Of a stretch of 64,000 bases of DNA, positions 50,771 through 64,000 are shown piece after piece (position 1 is the stretch's first letter; each line of letters begins with the position of its first letter). The stretch is from Callorhinchus milii (taxonomy: Eukaryota): positions 45,696,001 through 45,760,000 of the forward strand of contig NW_024704742.1 in the NCBI RefSeq assembly GCF_018977255.1. The letters are read 5' to 3'. The notes under the pieces are model-generated. The model saw nothing but the letters and a program-made list of their open reading frames with translations. It had not been told where the DNA came from and ran no database searches. A program made the position numbers and the translations under genes.

Positions 50771-51100
50771 GTCCTGTAGCTCAGTGGTTAGAGCACTCGC
50801 TTTGCAAGTGAGAGACCTGAGTTCAATTCCAGGCAGAGGGCGAAACCTTGGGCAAGTTTCCTTACTCCACACAGAGCCTAATAATAATCCCTCCAAAACA
50901 AAACAATAATAAATTGGTCATTTTCAATCTACGACTGTTTGTGGGACATTGCTGTGCGCAATTGGCTGCCGCGTTCGCCCACAAATATACAGTCAATTCA
51001 CTTTACAGTCCATTCTGTGAAGTGCTTTGGGACGTCCTCCCGACGTGAAAAGCGCTATATCAAATGCAAGGATTATTATTATTATTATTATTATTATTAT
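50771..51100 (+). mobile_element. Young full-length tRNA-Deu-L2 SINE with a long (TTA)n tail
   Basis: Near-identical to 8646-8944. Confidence 0.95.
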
Positions 51101-51727
51101 GTTAAGATGGTATCCTATATTTAGCTGCATGAAAAACACCATTCTCCACGACAGTAAACAATAAAGTTCTTTGGCAATTGCAAAAATCCTTCATGTAGTA
51201 CATTAACTCTCCCCTTATGACATGGTGTGATTTTTATAACTGTTATTTTCCCATTTATTACTTTATGTGATACATGAGTCTAAGAATTCTCTATCAGTGC
51301 AGCTTTTACAGATATCAGTTCAACTTTCCTCATATGCAAATTCTGTATGTCCTGTCTTCCTGCAGAACCTTTACCACTGTGCTTTCTTTTAAGTCATGTA
51401 ATTTCTAGCACATCACCTGCTCAGTTGTCCATATGACTCAGACAACTTTGTCCACACTTGGTGCCAGTGACTATAAATGTCATTGTGCCACTCCATGGTC
51501 ACCGGATTTACATTGCCTCATCTGGAAACTGGCCTTTCATTTAGAATTTCTATTTGCAGCTTTTTAAAGACATTAGAGCACTTGATCTAGCACTTAAGTA
51601 GTTGTTCTCTGCATGGGAAGCATGGAATACACATTACTGCAAATGCACCATCATTTACCTGATATGTTTTCATTAGTGGTAACAAACAGCATTTTGAAAT
51701 TTTGATAGCTCATATTCATGCAATTTT

Positions 51728-51950
51728 ATGGATGGCAGTGGATGGGAGATCGGCGAGGAGGGCGTTAGAGTAGTCCAGCTGAGAGGTGATAAAGGCATGG
51801 ACCAGGGTTTCAGGGCATCCTCCCACAACACAGTTCACCCCAGCACAGCATTGGAGTATCAATTTGGAATGTATGCATTCAAAGACCTGATATGGGGCTT
51901 TAACCCACAGTCTTCTGATTCAGTGGCAAGATTGATACCAACTGAGCCAG
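51728..51950 (-). mobile_element. L2 fragment (about 51728-51815) abutting an older SINE head (about 51820-51950)
   Basis: rc gaaaccctggtccatgcctttatcacctctcagctggactactctaacgcc, and rc ggctcagttggtatcaatcttgccactgaatcagaag. Confidence 0.75.
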
Positions 51951-54900
51951 GGTCACACCCTGTATATGAGAAACATATGAAAGAAATGAAAACTAGACCC
52001 AGGCCAGAGAGAACGGTTGAAGAAACTTGAATCCAGAAAGTTTGCAATAATAGCAACAGTCCGATAACTTAAGTTGCTTAACTGGTGAGTGACAGTGTTC
52101 AGTAGTTGTTTTTGACAATATCAACAACAACAAATTACATTTGTATAGCGCCTTTCATGTCAGGAAGACATGCCAAGGCACTGGACAGTCAGGGATCCGC
52201 AAGCGAGCTGGTGGTTGGGATTAGGAGGGGTAAAGGACAGTGAAGGTAGGGAAAGGAGAGTGACCGAAAGCACAGTCGAAGAGGAGGGTCTTTAGACGAG
52301 TCTTGAAGGAGGCAAGGGAGGGGGCATAGGGCCCTGAGAAAAATCCATTTCTAAGATAGACATGTTAAATTATCTGCCAAGTTCAGGCCAGATTGTTCAT
52401 CAGTTTAGAAACTTTCACCAAAATTGCTAAACATGTGCTCTGAATAAAAGGTCTATGACTATTTTAGAAATATATTTAAGATAATCTGAATATATAAGAA
52501 AAAATACATTTTTGTAAGTAATTCCCATAAAATATACTTTACAGTATATTCTAATATTAGACATGCTAAGGTGCTATATCAAATGCAAGGATTATTATTA
52601 TCATATGGTGGTCAAAGTGCAACTTATCATTGCTTATCACTGATCATTCAGTAACAATCACATAAAATATGGAAACAGGAGTAGGAGGAGGGCATTCAAC
52701 ACATTGAGCTGCTCCACCAGTTTCTTGCATCTTGGTAGATAATTTACATCCAATGCACCAGCATTTTGCTATACCCCTAATACCTCTACTACCCATATAT
52801 CAGTTTATTTATTTTTTAAACAATCCAATTTAATGCACAACCTTCTGACTCAAAGGCAAGATTGCTACCAACTGAGCCAGACGGACAGATATGTACAACT
52901 TTCCCACAAGGGGACAGGTTGTGTGGTGTAGATAAAGGGAGGAGGCTTGATGGGCCAAACACCTTATCCCATTTCACATTTATGCTTTGAAGGTTTTATG
53001 TTCATAACTGTGCTGATTGAGGCATAATCCATATTAGCGTCAAAAGGGAACTAGATCAATACCTTAAAAAGGAGTTAACTACAGGGAATGGAGAAAGGGC
53101 AGGTAAATGAGACCAAAAGGAGCGTTCTTAAAAGAACCAGCTCAGACATGATGGGCCGGACTTCTGTACATTTCTATGGTTCTATAACTATACCGGATGC
53201 TGTGAATCAGTAAGTTATGGAAAATAAATCAGCAAGTCTAACACTTGCAACTGAAGGATATGTTGGACACAAATCCACTAATTCATAATTTACTTCCATT
53301 TCAGAGATTGTTTGATTCATATAAAATCTCCTGGTAGGTTATAATTCCAATTTCCAGCCATTATGACAACAAAAGCATTCACTCACCACTGAGTGGGAAT
53401 ATTGCAAACATTAATAGGTTTCACTTAATGGCGGACTTTGTATGTAAAGATAGTCGTAACTGTTAAAATCTCTTCTCTCAGTAAGCTGGAATGGAATGCG
53501 TGTCCCTAATGAATGGTTTTGCCATGCTTATGGTTTTGCCATATATTGGTAGCATAAAAGACACAAAATCTAAACTAAGATTCAATTTTTAAAATAAAAT
53601 TAATCATATCTCACAGAGGCTGAGTCTAACAACCAACCAAAAATAGAAGTCAGTAGTTGTATGGAGAGCTTGACATTACCATTCATATAAGGGAAATTAC
53701 AGTCTATGCTATAATCCACCTCCTCCTTCTCTTCCTCCTCCTCCTCTTCATCATCATCATCTATGCATTTGATAGAACCTTATCATGTTGGGGAATCATC
53801 TCAAAGTGCTTCACAGGAATTTAAAATCTCTTATTTCGGTGAGTTGGAATAGAATACTTGTCCCATGCTAATGAATGTTTTTTGTCATGTTTATCATTTA
53901 ATATATAATGATATAACATACAGGTGCATAGATAATGATGATGTTAGCAATGTCCCACAGACAGCCATGAAATACATGCTCAACCTCATATGTGCAATTG
54001 TATTCAGACATTTACATTTGTTGTGAATGACCTAAACATCAAAATCTGTATGCGTTTGCACATGGTGTATCTACCTGTACAGTAATGTATTTGAGAGCAT
54101 TGCTCTTAATTTTACCTTTGTTAGTTCACTAATGTTAGCATTTAGTTATGTAAAAGTCATGTAAATATTCTTCAGCTACAGTTTAACTACATAAATTATT
54201 CAGTGCATCTCTAGTGAATTTGGGATGTCCTCCTGATGTGAATGGTGCGAAGTAGATCCAGTTTGTTGTTGTTGTATTTTTAGTTTCTCTGCAATCCCAG
54301 TATTTGTATACTCAAATATAATGATTGGAAGAATGGTGGTCATTTTGCACCATTTGCTACATGGAGTGAATCTTTTCATGTTAACTTTTGAATGGAAAAT
54401 CTCATTGCAATGAAAGATTCATACACTTGGTGAATGCAGGAAAATAACTTAAATTTCCTTCAATTTCAATAACTTCACATCTCAAAAAATGATTTATCTT
54501 TATTCAGTTATTTTCTTTATGACCCAGAGGAAGTGACAAGAGGAAACACCACAGCAAATCCTTAGGTAAAGGTTGGAGAAACATGTTAAAATAGGCAGAA
54601 GGGATCTGAGTTCAAAATGTGATGTGGGGGTGCTGGGAAAACCCGTCCATATCTGGAATACAGTCATCCAGTTGAAAGGCCTGCAATAACAGATGAATAC
54701 GGATAGAGTTGATCAAATGCCATGCAAAGCATAATTTCTCCATTGCTGGGACCACAGTGATGCCGTATCAAGGATATATATTGTACGATACAAGGTTAGA
54801 TAGGCACAGTATGTTTTTTTTAAACTTACCCTTAAGTAGAGGGCTGAACTATTCCTGAGAGCCAGGTGAAATAGATTATGTAGAATTCATGTTATGACCA

Positions 54901-55064
54901 TTGTGGAGGGAAAGGGCTTGATACAACATACCTTAGTTTCCTACTTTCATGTGTTCAAATATAAAAAGGAATAATTATCTGCTAGTAAGGAAGTAGCGGA
55001 GAGCTAGAGTATACATACTGATTTAAAAATCATCCCTGCAACAGCTAAATAAGTGTAAATAAAA

Positions 55065-55340
55065 ATAATAATTAATTCTTGCATTTGATATAGCACTTTT
55101 CATGTCAGGAAGACACCTCAAAGTGCTTCACAGGATATAATGTGTAGTGGCTATGCGTTTTGTAGCCAATTTTCACAGAGGAATGTCCCACAAATAGCCA
55201 TGAAGTGAATGAAGGATTTTCTTTTCTGGGGCATTATTGGCTAGGACCCCGGGAGAAACTCCCTTCTCTTTACAAACAGTGTCATGGTGATCTTTCACGT
55301 CCACCTGAACAGACCTCGGTTTAACATCTTATTTGAAGGA
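55065..55340 (-). mobile_element. Deu-SINE 3' two-thirds
   Basis: Tail ttgcatttgatatagcacttttcatgtcagga, Deu core and acgtccacctgaacaga. Confidence 0.8.
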
Positions 55341-56749
55341 CTATAAGGATAGATCATTGCAGTTAAAGCGTCATTGTGGAATAAGTAGTGTTACACTGAT
55401 GGTGGCCTCTTTTCAGCAAGTGCCATTGAATGCATGATCAATTGTTGAAGGAGGTTCCTATTCAATCCCTGAGATTTAAAAGAACCCAGCTGTTGCCCAA
55501 GTGCCACAAACAGTTTATCTCTCTGGTTTGCAGTATTTGATTGGTCAACTGTGCATTTGGAACATTACACCATTTTGACACCCATTGGACCACAGAATAG
55601 AAGCTGGAGTGATCGATGATAGGAACCAAAATGTTCGTCAGTGCTTTTCCTTCTAGAATTCTATGCAGAATTGTTTCAAATGAAAGAGATGTGCTCCCGC
55701 ATAGGTCAAGTGGCAGCTAGTTTCCTAGAGAAACTTTGGCTGTCCAGCAATCCCCTTGAAAGAGCCATGCCACCCCCAGCTCTTTTTTAACCTGTTTACA
55801 GTGGAACAGATAACACGTCAACCAACATTAACATCAACTCCACAGAGCAAATTTCCGTTGCAAGCAATTTTTTTTTAAGTTTAACAACTAATAGTGTGAA
55901 TTGTGCTCTGGAATCTATTTTGTGTTTCATTGCTTCTTTTTGCTTTATTATATTCTGAATGAGATAACCAGATTCGTCACAGTAGCAGAGAAGCATTTAT
56001 GAAACTGTTTCTCGCTGCCAATCTTCACATGGTAAAAGTTACTGAGATACATCTCATTCAGTTTTGACCATATATGAATCAAAACTATTATTTCTCCATC
56101 GGGGTCCATGATTGAAACTGTTCAAGTGGGTTTGAATATATTTGAAGAAAAATTGAGGCAAGTATTACGGGTCTGCAGATAAATTTGTACTACAGTTGAA
56201 TCCTGATAGCCACCTGACCAGTTCTTTGAGAAATATTATGTTTCAATCACCTAAAAAATAGCCAATTTGCAAATCATTGTATGACAGCCAGGTTATTAAT
56301 AGATTCAGGAGTCTAACATGTATAAAAACAGTTGAACTACTTGCTTATGGAAAATTATAATATTTTGGAAAACACAGCTATCTGTGACTATTTTGCATAA
56401 TTTAATCTACATGAATTATTAAAATAATGTGTCAAAATATGTAGGGTATGATTATTTAAAAGAAACACAAAATAGAATAAATTCCCATGATTTGAGGAAA
56501 TAATAATTTAATGTTTTGTTAAATTTATATTGCCTAGCGGTTTTGTTTATCTTTGATAAATTATTCACAGCTATGTTTCTCTATTTTAAATGCTAGAATT
56601 AGACATTAATAAAGTCACATATTATAAGTGATTGACTCCACTCTGCCTGCAGTCTATCCATGGTCCTCAACTTTTCATTATCTAGATGCTTTCCTCTGAG
56701 TGATATCATTTCAAGGTCCATTTCCATAAATACACAGACAACATTTTAC

Positions 56750-57800
56750 TCTACAATTCTGCCTCCACCCTTTTATCCAGGACAACCGTTGTTCTGAGAA
56801 TTTGCCTACCAAATATTAAGTTTCGATGAGCCTTAACTTTCTCGAATTCAACATTGGCAAAATAGCTAGTATACTCAACTGCTATGTGCCTCTTCCCCTA
56901 CATGCTGACCATATTGAATTCCCCGGTTATTCCCTCCAACTCATGGAGCCGATGTGGAACTTCTGTGTTTTGCTCAACTATTAGTTTTCCATTAAAATTT
57001 TCAATCTGATTCTGACCTAATCTGTGTTCCTCCATCTCCCCAACACTGTTTGTCTATCTCACTACTACACTTCAACACAGCATAAAACCTCATCCATACC
57101 ACTGTCACCTCTTTTTCAAGTCTGCTCACTAACCTCCCCAACACCACCTAAGCTCTAGACCATCCAGACCTCGCTGCCTGAATCATTTCCTGCACTAGAC
57201 TTTGTGGTTTTATTTCTGTAACCTTGTTTCACTGGTTCCCTATTCCCCTGATTAATTATCCTGCAGCCTCCTCAACCTCCCCGGCCTATTCCTCAGACTT
57301 CCCGAACCAGCGCGCAACCTTGGCATCAGCTTCAACCCACAGCTGTTCTTTCTTCCCCACATCTGGTACCTGACCAGGATCACCTTCCTCAACCTCTGCC
57401 ACATAGCCAGCCTCCAACCGTACCTTACCCCAGATGCAGCCGAAACATTCGTCCATGCGTTCATTACCTCTCATCTCGACTTCTAAATGCTCTCTTTGTC
57501 GGTCTCACCAGCTCCACCAGGCACAGGATCGAGCTGATCCGAAACTCCATTGCCCGCATACTCGCCGCACTAAACTCCGTACCCCCATCACACCAGTTCT
57601 AGCCAGGCTCCACTGACTCCCTATCGCCGAATGGATCAATTTCAAACTCTGAAACACTATCCCTCCGCCTTGCCCCTTCCTTCCCCGTTTTCAGGTCACA
57701 CCTGAAGACCTTCCTATTGGAATGTGCCTACAGTCACCTCCACCTCCCCCCAGCTCAGCTTCATGCTCTGCCACTGTCAAGTGCTCTGGGACTCTACCCT
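56750..57800 (+). mobile_element. Two overlapping L2 3' fragments (older about 56750-57250, younger about 57255-57800)
   Basis: gcgcaaccttggcatc (RNLGI), gatgcagccgaaacattcgtccatgcgttcattacctctc (DAAETFVHAFITS) and acacctgaagaccttcc. Confidence 0.8.
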
Positions 57801-58740
57801 ACCTTATTCCCCCATACCTCCTATCCCCTTTCCAGCTTGGGCTCCTACTCAGTCTTTGTGATGTGCTTTGAGGCACTTTCTCTAAAGTGAAAGACTTTAA
57901 GTTTTCCTGTTTGAAGTAAAAATGGCGGTAGGTTTACTTTGCTCAGTTTACTAAACTCTGCATAACAGATATGTTTAGAAAATGTAATGCTTGTGGAGTT
58001 AGGTGCCCCATGGTTGAAGAGGAAGGTTTTCAGGCAGGATTTGACAAAGAGGAGAGTGGGGCAAGGCAGAGGGATTGAGGATGAGTAAATAAACATAAAT
58101 AAACACTAGGCAACATTGTGCCTCATGACTTAGGAGCCAGCAACATGCATAATTCAGAATTTGTATAACACATTTCAGTCAGGAGAACATCTCCAAGCAC
58201 TGTTGGCTTGGCACTGCAATTCTGCAATTCATTGTGGAAAATTCACAATTTTTAATTATAAAATAAGTTTTCTTGGCTAAATTGACATTATAAATGCAGT
58301 TACTATGAACATACGACTTGCACGATTATTATTATTTCCAACACACTGATCACATAGCAATTCCTAACACTGTTATGTCTTATCCAACCTGTTCTCAGGT
58401 CCACAAGAGATGTAGAGAAGTGGAAAGAAGTATGAATGATATTACATACTTCATGTTGGAAAAGAGGAATGTGAATGACAACATTATAACCTATTCAAAT
58501 AATGTGTACAATATGAATCCAGAATACAGTGTATTATGTTAAAACATTTAAAAATATTATTTGCAATAGCTTCTCACAGTCTGTTAACTGTGGAAAGAGA
58601 CAACCACTACACTATAGTTTATTTTGTGTACGGTGATATTGAACAGTGTATTTTCTTTTATTTGCAGGTATATTTCAGCTTGGTCTGGTGTCAACCTCTG
58701 AGTCATAATGCTATGAATTCAAGCTCCACAATAGAACTTT

Positions 58741-59000
58741 CGGTTTGATTCCTGGCAGGGCGAAACCTTGGGCAAGTTTCCTTACTCCACACGCCTAATA
58801 ATAATCCATCAAGAAAAAACAATAAAATTGGCCACTTCAATCCACAACTGTTTGTGAGACACTGCTGTGCGCAATTGGCTGCTGCGTTTCGCCCACAAAT
58901 ATACAATAAATTCACTTTACAATATATTCTGTGAAGTATTTTGAAACGACTGGAAGATGTGAAAAGCGCAGTATCAAATACAAGGATTATTTTTATTATG
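58741..59000 (+). mobile_element. tRNA-Deu-L2 SINE, 5'-truncated at the B box
   Basis: ggcagggcgaaaccttgggcaagtttccttactccacacgcc, Deu core and tail. Confidence 0.9.
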
Positions 59001-59019
59001 ATTTGAATTTATATAAACT

Positions 59020-59330
59020 AGGCTGACATTCTAATGCAATGCTGGAAGTGCGCTACATTTTTGGAGGTGCTGTCCATTGGATAACATGTTAAACCAAGAT
59101 TCTATTTACTTTTTCAGGTGGATGTTCAAGATCCCATGACATAATTTGAAAAGAAAAGGGTGTTTCTCCCAGTTTCCTGGCCAACAGTCCCCCAAATAAA
59201 ACAGGTTGCTCATCTCTTGGTTGTTTGTGATACATTACTGTGTGCCAATGGTTGCTGTCTTCACCTATAAAATACACAGTCACAACACTTCATTGCTTTG
59301 AGCCTATTTCAAATGCAAGGAATTATTGTT
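59020..59330 (+). mobile_element. Older Deu-SINE body
   Basis: taggctgacatt...caggtggatgttcaagatcccatg...cctggccaaca. Confidence 0.75.
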
Positions 59331-61210
59331 TTTCACATTTAACATCTTCTGATTAGGAAGCACAATATAGTATCAATTGAACATTCAGAGATCCATCCAA
59401 ATGTCTCTCAGGAATTTGTTAGTTTTAATTTTCAGCTCAGTGGGAGAGATCACACTCATTGCAACAACCAGACTTCCTCAAGCAGCTTGAAGTTTGTGTC
59501 CCATTTAATGAATAAACAAAATGCAGAGCTTAAATATTATTTAATTGATCAGAAGAACTCAATATTTCCATTCAGCAGAAAAATGATGTTTGTCTCAATG
59601 TAAATCCCATACTCTTTTAAAACTGTTTGACTTTTTTTTATAGCTTTTCTCTGTTTCCTTTTATAATGTTTTTATTTTCAGACTTGTTTCACTAGGTACA
59701 ATTATTTCCATGTGCAAATAAATTTCAGGGTGAAGATTGCGATCTGCAATTTGTTAATTATCACTGATGTTAATTATCTTTTGTAAATATATCAATGAGG
59801 TCAGTCGAGAATTTGGGAGTGACTCCCCACTTCCCCAGTTTCTTCCAGACTCTCTCATAATTGTAAAACCTGAATGTGACCTGCAAATCGTAGCAATGGA
59901 TAGAATCACTCAATTTCCAATTGGTATCTTATTAATTAACACTCTAATACTTGGAATGCGTGAGCCATGTGATAGCTTAGGACCACTTGGGCCTAACCGT
60001 TGCACCAGAGTCAGAAGGTAAATAGAGGTTGTTCTAGTAGTTAGTTATCAACTAATCTCATTGATACATGTTCGAATGATGTGATATTTACCACCCAGCT
60101 TTTATCAAAGGCCAGCAACACTTTCATTGCTGGTGTAACATTTGCTTATTAGGGGAGACATATGTGTCTGGGATGCAAGCAAGTGGATGGTGGCAACAGT
60201 CTCGCACATTTCCTGCAGAATTGTGTTGCTCACCAAAAGATTCACAGAGAATTTCTAGTACCTGATATTCACTATCCACCATGTGAGGGCCTTACTCTCC
60301 TCTCAAGGCTTTTCAAACTCAACCCACTGGAAGAGATTGGCACCATTCTTTAACATTAGACTTGTGCCAAAAAATTATAGGAGAGTCAGTTGGTTGTGAA
60401 TTGAAAGTGAAATTCCATTTGTAGACCGACAGCAGGATCCATTTTCTGATTTTAAGATTATCCCTGTATCATTGCCAATTACATTGTCCTTTGGAAAGAG
60501 GAATTATTCGATGGCCTTTAAAACTTCTATTCAATTTGTTGTAAAACATACACTTAGGATTGTCAATGCTGTGACTTATTTCTTCTTTTATTCCTGTGAT
60601 CTACTTTCAGCTAACCACTTTGGTTTTGAAAACCATTTTGTCACACAGTGGGTCTTCTTCTTTGCGCATTGAACATTTGTTGCAATGAAAGTCCTCGCAG
60701 TAAGATGGGCCATTAAAATGGAAGCAATTATTTCTGCTGGGAAGGTAATGACTGCATTAGCATTAACCAATACTAAATCTTAAACGCTGCAGCTGTATTA
60801 AGAACTAGCAAAACTCCTGAGATTGAACCATTGTTTCATCACACTTCTCCCTTCCAGACTTTCTATCATTATAAACGTTATAGGTTACAGCTGCGGCCAT
60901 GATTGCTACCTTTCTGCCTGTTATGAATTATGAAATAGTACTTAAATTCTGATTACCCACTATTGGTGGGTGAACTTTCAGTCATTCTGCTCTGCTTTCT
61001 TCTCCGCCCCCACTTCCCCCAGTTCTCACCAACTCGGGACTGCATATTAAACATACAAACCGATGAGATGCTACAAAACCTGATTTGTGTTGAAATATAT
61101 TTTGTAGAGCAGCATTTCTTTCATTGTGTCTAAAATAACATTTCCGAGATTTGAAAAAAGAAACTAACTAAAAGGTGTGCCGTACACACCAATGACTGAT
61201 AACTTGTGGA

Positions 61211-61556
61211 TTCCTGTAGTTTATTGGTTAGAGCACTCGCTTCACAAGTGAAAGGACCTGGGTTTGATTCCTGGGCAGGGCAAAACTTTAAGCAAGTTTC
61301 CTTACTCACACACCTCTGTTTACCCTGCAGTAAGTAGGAACACAGATATTAGTCAATTGGTGGATCATTTTCCCTTAAAAACATTTAAATAATAATAACT
61401 TGGTCACGCAATTTAGTGTGGGATGCATTTCGCCCATAAAATATACAGTAAATTCGCTTAACAGTATATTCTGTGAATAACTTTAACACGTTTTAAAGTC
61501 TGTAAGGCGCTGTATCAAATGCAAGGATTAATATTATTTTATTATTATTATAATAA
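61211..61556 (+). mobile_element. tRNA-Deu-L2 SINE, diverged subfamily
   Basis: ttcctgtagtttattggttagagcactcgc head. It has an extra ctctgtttacc..gcagtaagt segment shared with the 45362 copy, and a TTA tail. Confidence 0.88.
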
Positions 61557-61678
61557 CTAGACAGGAATGTCTAATTGAAACCACCTGCAATATACTGCAG
61601 AGGTTCTTCCCGCCTTGGGACGTCCTCCTGACGTGAAAGGCGCTCTATAAATGGAATCTTGTTGTTGTTGTTGTTGTT

Positions 61679-61860
61679 CCCATTCGACTCCTGTCAACCC
61701 TGCAAACCATAGCCTACAGAAGTAGGGTGGTCATAGCTGGATAAGCACCGAGAAGATTGCCAGACACAATTCATAATTGTAAGCTATGCAGTTTTAAGTG
61801 GATAAAGTCCAACAGTAACTCCAACATACAGATGTGAGCTCTTGCCAACCTGGACCTAAC
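61679..61860 (+). repeat. Family X fragment
   Basis: ctgtcaaccctgcaa...gtagggtggtcatagctggataagca...ctatgcagtttta...gctcttgccaacctg aligns to about 35905-36095. Confidence 0.8.
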
Positions 61861-64000
61861 ATAATATAAGGTTACCAGCATTCGTATTCCATACAATAAA
61901 ACTAAAGTCTAATGTAAGCCAACCTGAGCCCAACTGAGCGTTTGTGTGATGCTCTGACAGTGTGGCAGTATCAGAGTTTCACTCACATGCACCAGTGACT
62001 TTAGTTATCAACTGGCTGTATTTTGCCACAATGTGCTTAATTGACATATCACACTCTACACTGTTAACTCCTATTTTATTAGCAAACATTTTAACTTCTG
62101 AACCAATATTTATTTTGCTGATAACTATTTCAGAAGTTTCGAGTAGCTGTTGAAATTTGAGAGTCCAGCCACAAATAACTTGTTCAGAGTTTGCTTTCAC
62201 ATGCATAAAGGCATTCGTGAATGAGAATTGTTTACTCCTATTAATTAAAACATGCTTCACTGCCAAACTGTTCTTGTGGTCGAAACACTGTGTAGTCTCG
62301 CTGTGCGGGAAAGTTGTAATGCAGGTTTAAAACCAGGATATTTGTTGAATATTTTCAATTTGTCTTCCTAGGATCACCCTACTTGTTAGGGCTGTGGCTT
62401 AAAGGGTTAACAGAAGTTGAGTGGGAAGAGCCTCTGTTGTATATATTTATGCTGCATATGAGTACGTAAATGATTATGGAGATATATGTGTATATGGATA
62501 CGTATATGTGATGGTGGTTTGAAGATACAGAGAAACAAAGAGAGACCAATGGACAATGGCAGCACATTTTGCTATGAGATAAAAAAACTGTCCTGAAATA
62601 TTGAAGAAGTGGGTTTACTATAAATCTTAGAGATCTATAATGTTTAAGTCTACAGTTTAAAAGTTTTATGGAGATTGAAAAGGCTCTGTTTATGAAGTGC
62701 AATAAGTGTGTCAGTGTTTGGTTAAAATACGGTCATTTATGGCGGTGCAAATGCAAATTTGCAATTCATTAGTATCACTAATGAGAATGATTATATTGCC
62801 AGTATTTTGTTCGAGGCCCACATAATTTCACAATTTGTTTGTGTGAAACTAAACGGGCTGGGAATTTGATTTCAACTTACATTTAATAAAACGGGGGACA
62901 GAGGAACATTTGTACAAAAATAAAGAGATGCGAACTGGAAGTCAAGTCTACTGCACAAGAAAATGGTGGTTATACAATATAATATCCATGGATTTGATAT
63001 AGAGCCTTAACTTGTTGTTGATATGTCTCAAAGTGCTTCACAGGATTTGCTGCAAAATTATAGTGACTGAATTCCGTAGGCCAATATGACATTGAATGTT
63101 GCATTGCTTACCCCATTGTAAATCAAAACGTTTATTTGATCAATAGGCAATGCACTGATGTGAGCAGTGTACCTTTAAGTAGTGGGACTGCAGGTAGACT
63201 TCCATTATTCTGCATGTGGTGAAGCTGATCTGAGACATTAAAGGGAGATATATCCCTGAAGAGGCAAGATAAAAATAGATACCAGGTCAACTTGACTACC
63301 ATTCCCCCCTTGCTTCCTGCTGTCTGTCTGAGACCAGGAATTAAGAACAAATCTTAGAAAAAAGTTAAAGCAAAAAAATCTTTTCCTGAGATCTGGGGTG
63401 TGAAGGGTGATATTTTCTAGCCTTTCTACAAAGTACAAAGTTATCCAAGGGGAAAAAGAATATATTTTTTAATAAAACCTGTTTGTAACAAACCTAAAAA
63501 TGATAAAGTAATATTTGTTTGAAAAACGCTGAGATATAAACAGCCAAAGGAAGTCTTTTTTTTCATCAATTTCATTTCAAAGTCAGTCCACAGCAAGCAA
63601 TTTTATGGAATCTCTATTTTGTGATCAATTCATCACATCCTGTCCAAACTAACCACTGATCTCATTAAATGCCTTTTCATATCAAGTCTCAGATTTCCTG
63701 TTTCGTTCAATTTCTTTTTCTTTTTGTCCCCCACTCCTGGATTCTCTTGTAGGAGGAGAACAATTCACTCACTCAATCTTGATGAATGCCACTTTGTGTG
63801 TTTGATTGATAACATTTTTACCAGTTTACTTCAAACACCATTTTCCAGGATATTTTAGATTTTTTTTCAATGGATCACAACACAATATATTCATTTAGTC
63901 ACTTACTCAGCAGAATTACATTTATATGAAAATATTTTCTTTTCTAGGATGTTTTCAGGGTGAATCTTAGATCTCGAATTGCAATGTTGGAAGTGACATA

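Noticed and set aside
62399..62410. piggyBac-like terminus ttaaagggttaa
   Set aside because: No matching opposite terminus was found nearby.
63935..63966. 12-nt microexon (tttctag GATGTTTTCAGG gtgaat)
   Set aside because: Such patterns arise readily by chance in AT-rich DNA, and there is no independent support.
1..64000. CRISPR array, operon or prokaryotic/viral insert
   Set aside because: There is no regularly spaced repeat-spacer array and no gene-dense segment. Recurrent short repeats are SINE/L2 tails.

Overview
This window is AT-rich, repeat-dense, non-coding vertebrate DNA. The mix of tRNA-Deu-L2 SINEs, L2 and CR1 LINEs looks like a cartilaginous fish, probably a chimaera such as Callorhinchus (inference). 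No host protein-coding gene is recognisable. The ORFs with recognisable protein similarity are decayed CR1 or L2 ORF2 (endonuclease/RT) pieces, and two short splice-flanked exon candidates remain unverified. Ordinary content: one 2.8-kb CR1 flanked by a 7-bp target-site duplication, several other CR1 and L2 relics, a young tRNA-Ala-like SINE and many older Deu-domain SINEs. Less ordinary content: (1) an unclassified ~630-bp non-coding repeat built from consecutive hairpins, seen as at least 7 fragments on both strands; (2) several long imperfect fold-back elements, including a ~1.2-kb one, some with G-U-biased mismatches; (3) a ~240-bp local duplication whose best-conserved core carries adjacent Meis and Pbx-Hox sites; (4) fold-back hairpins at retroposon junctions. 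All alignments were done by eye, and boundaries of degenerate elements are approximate.
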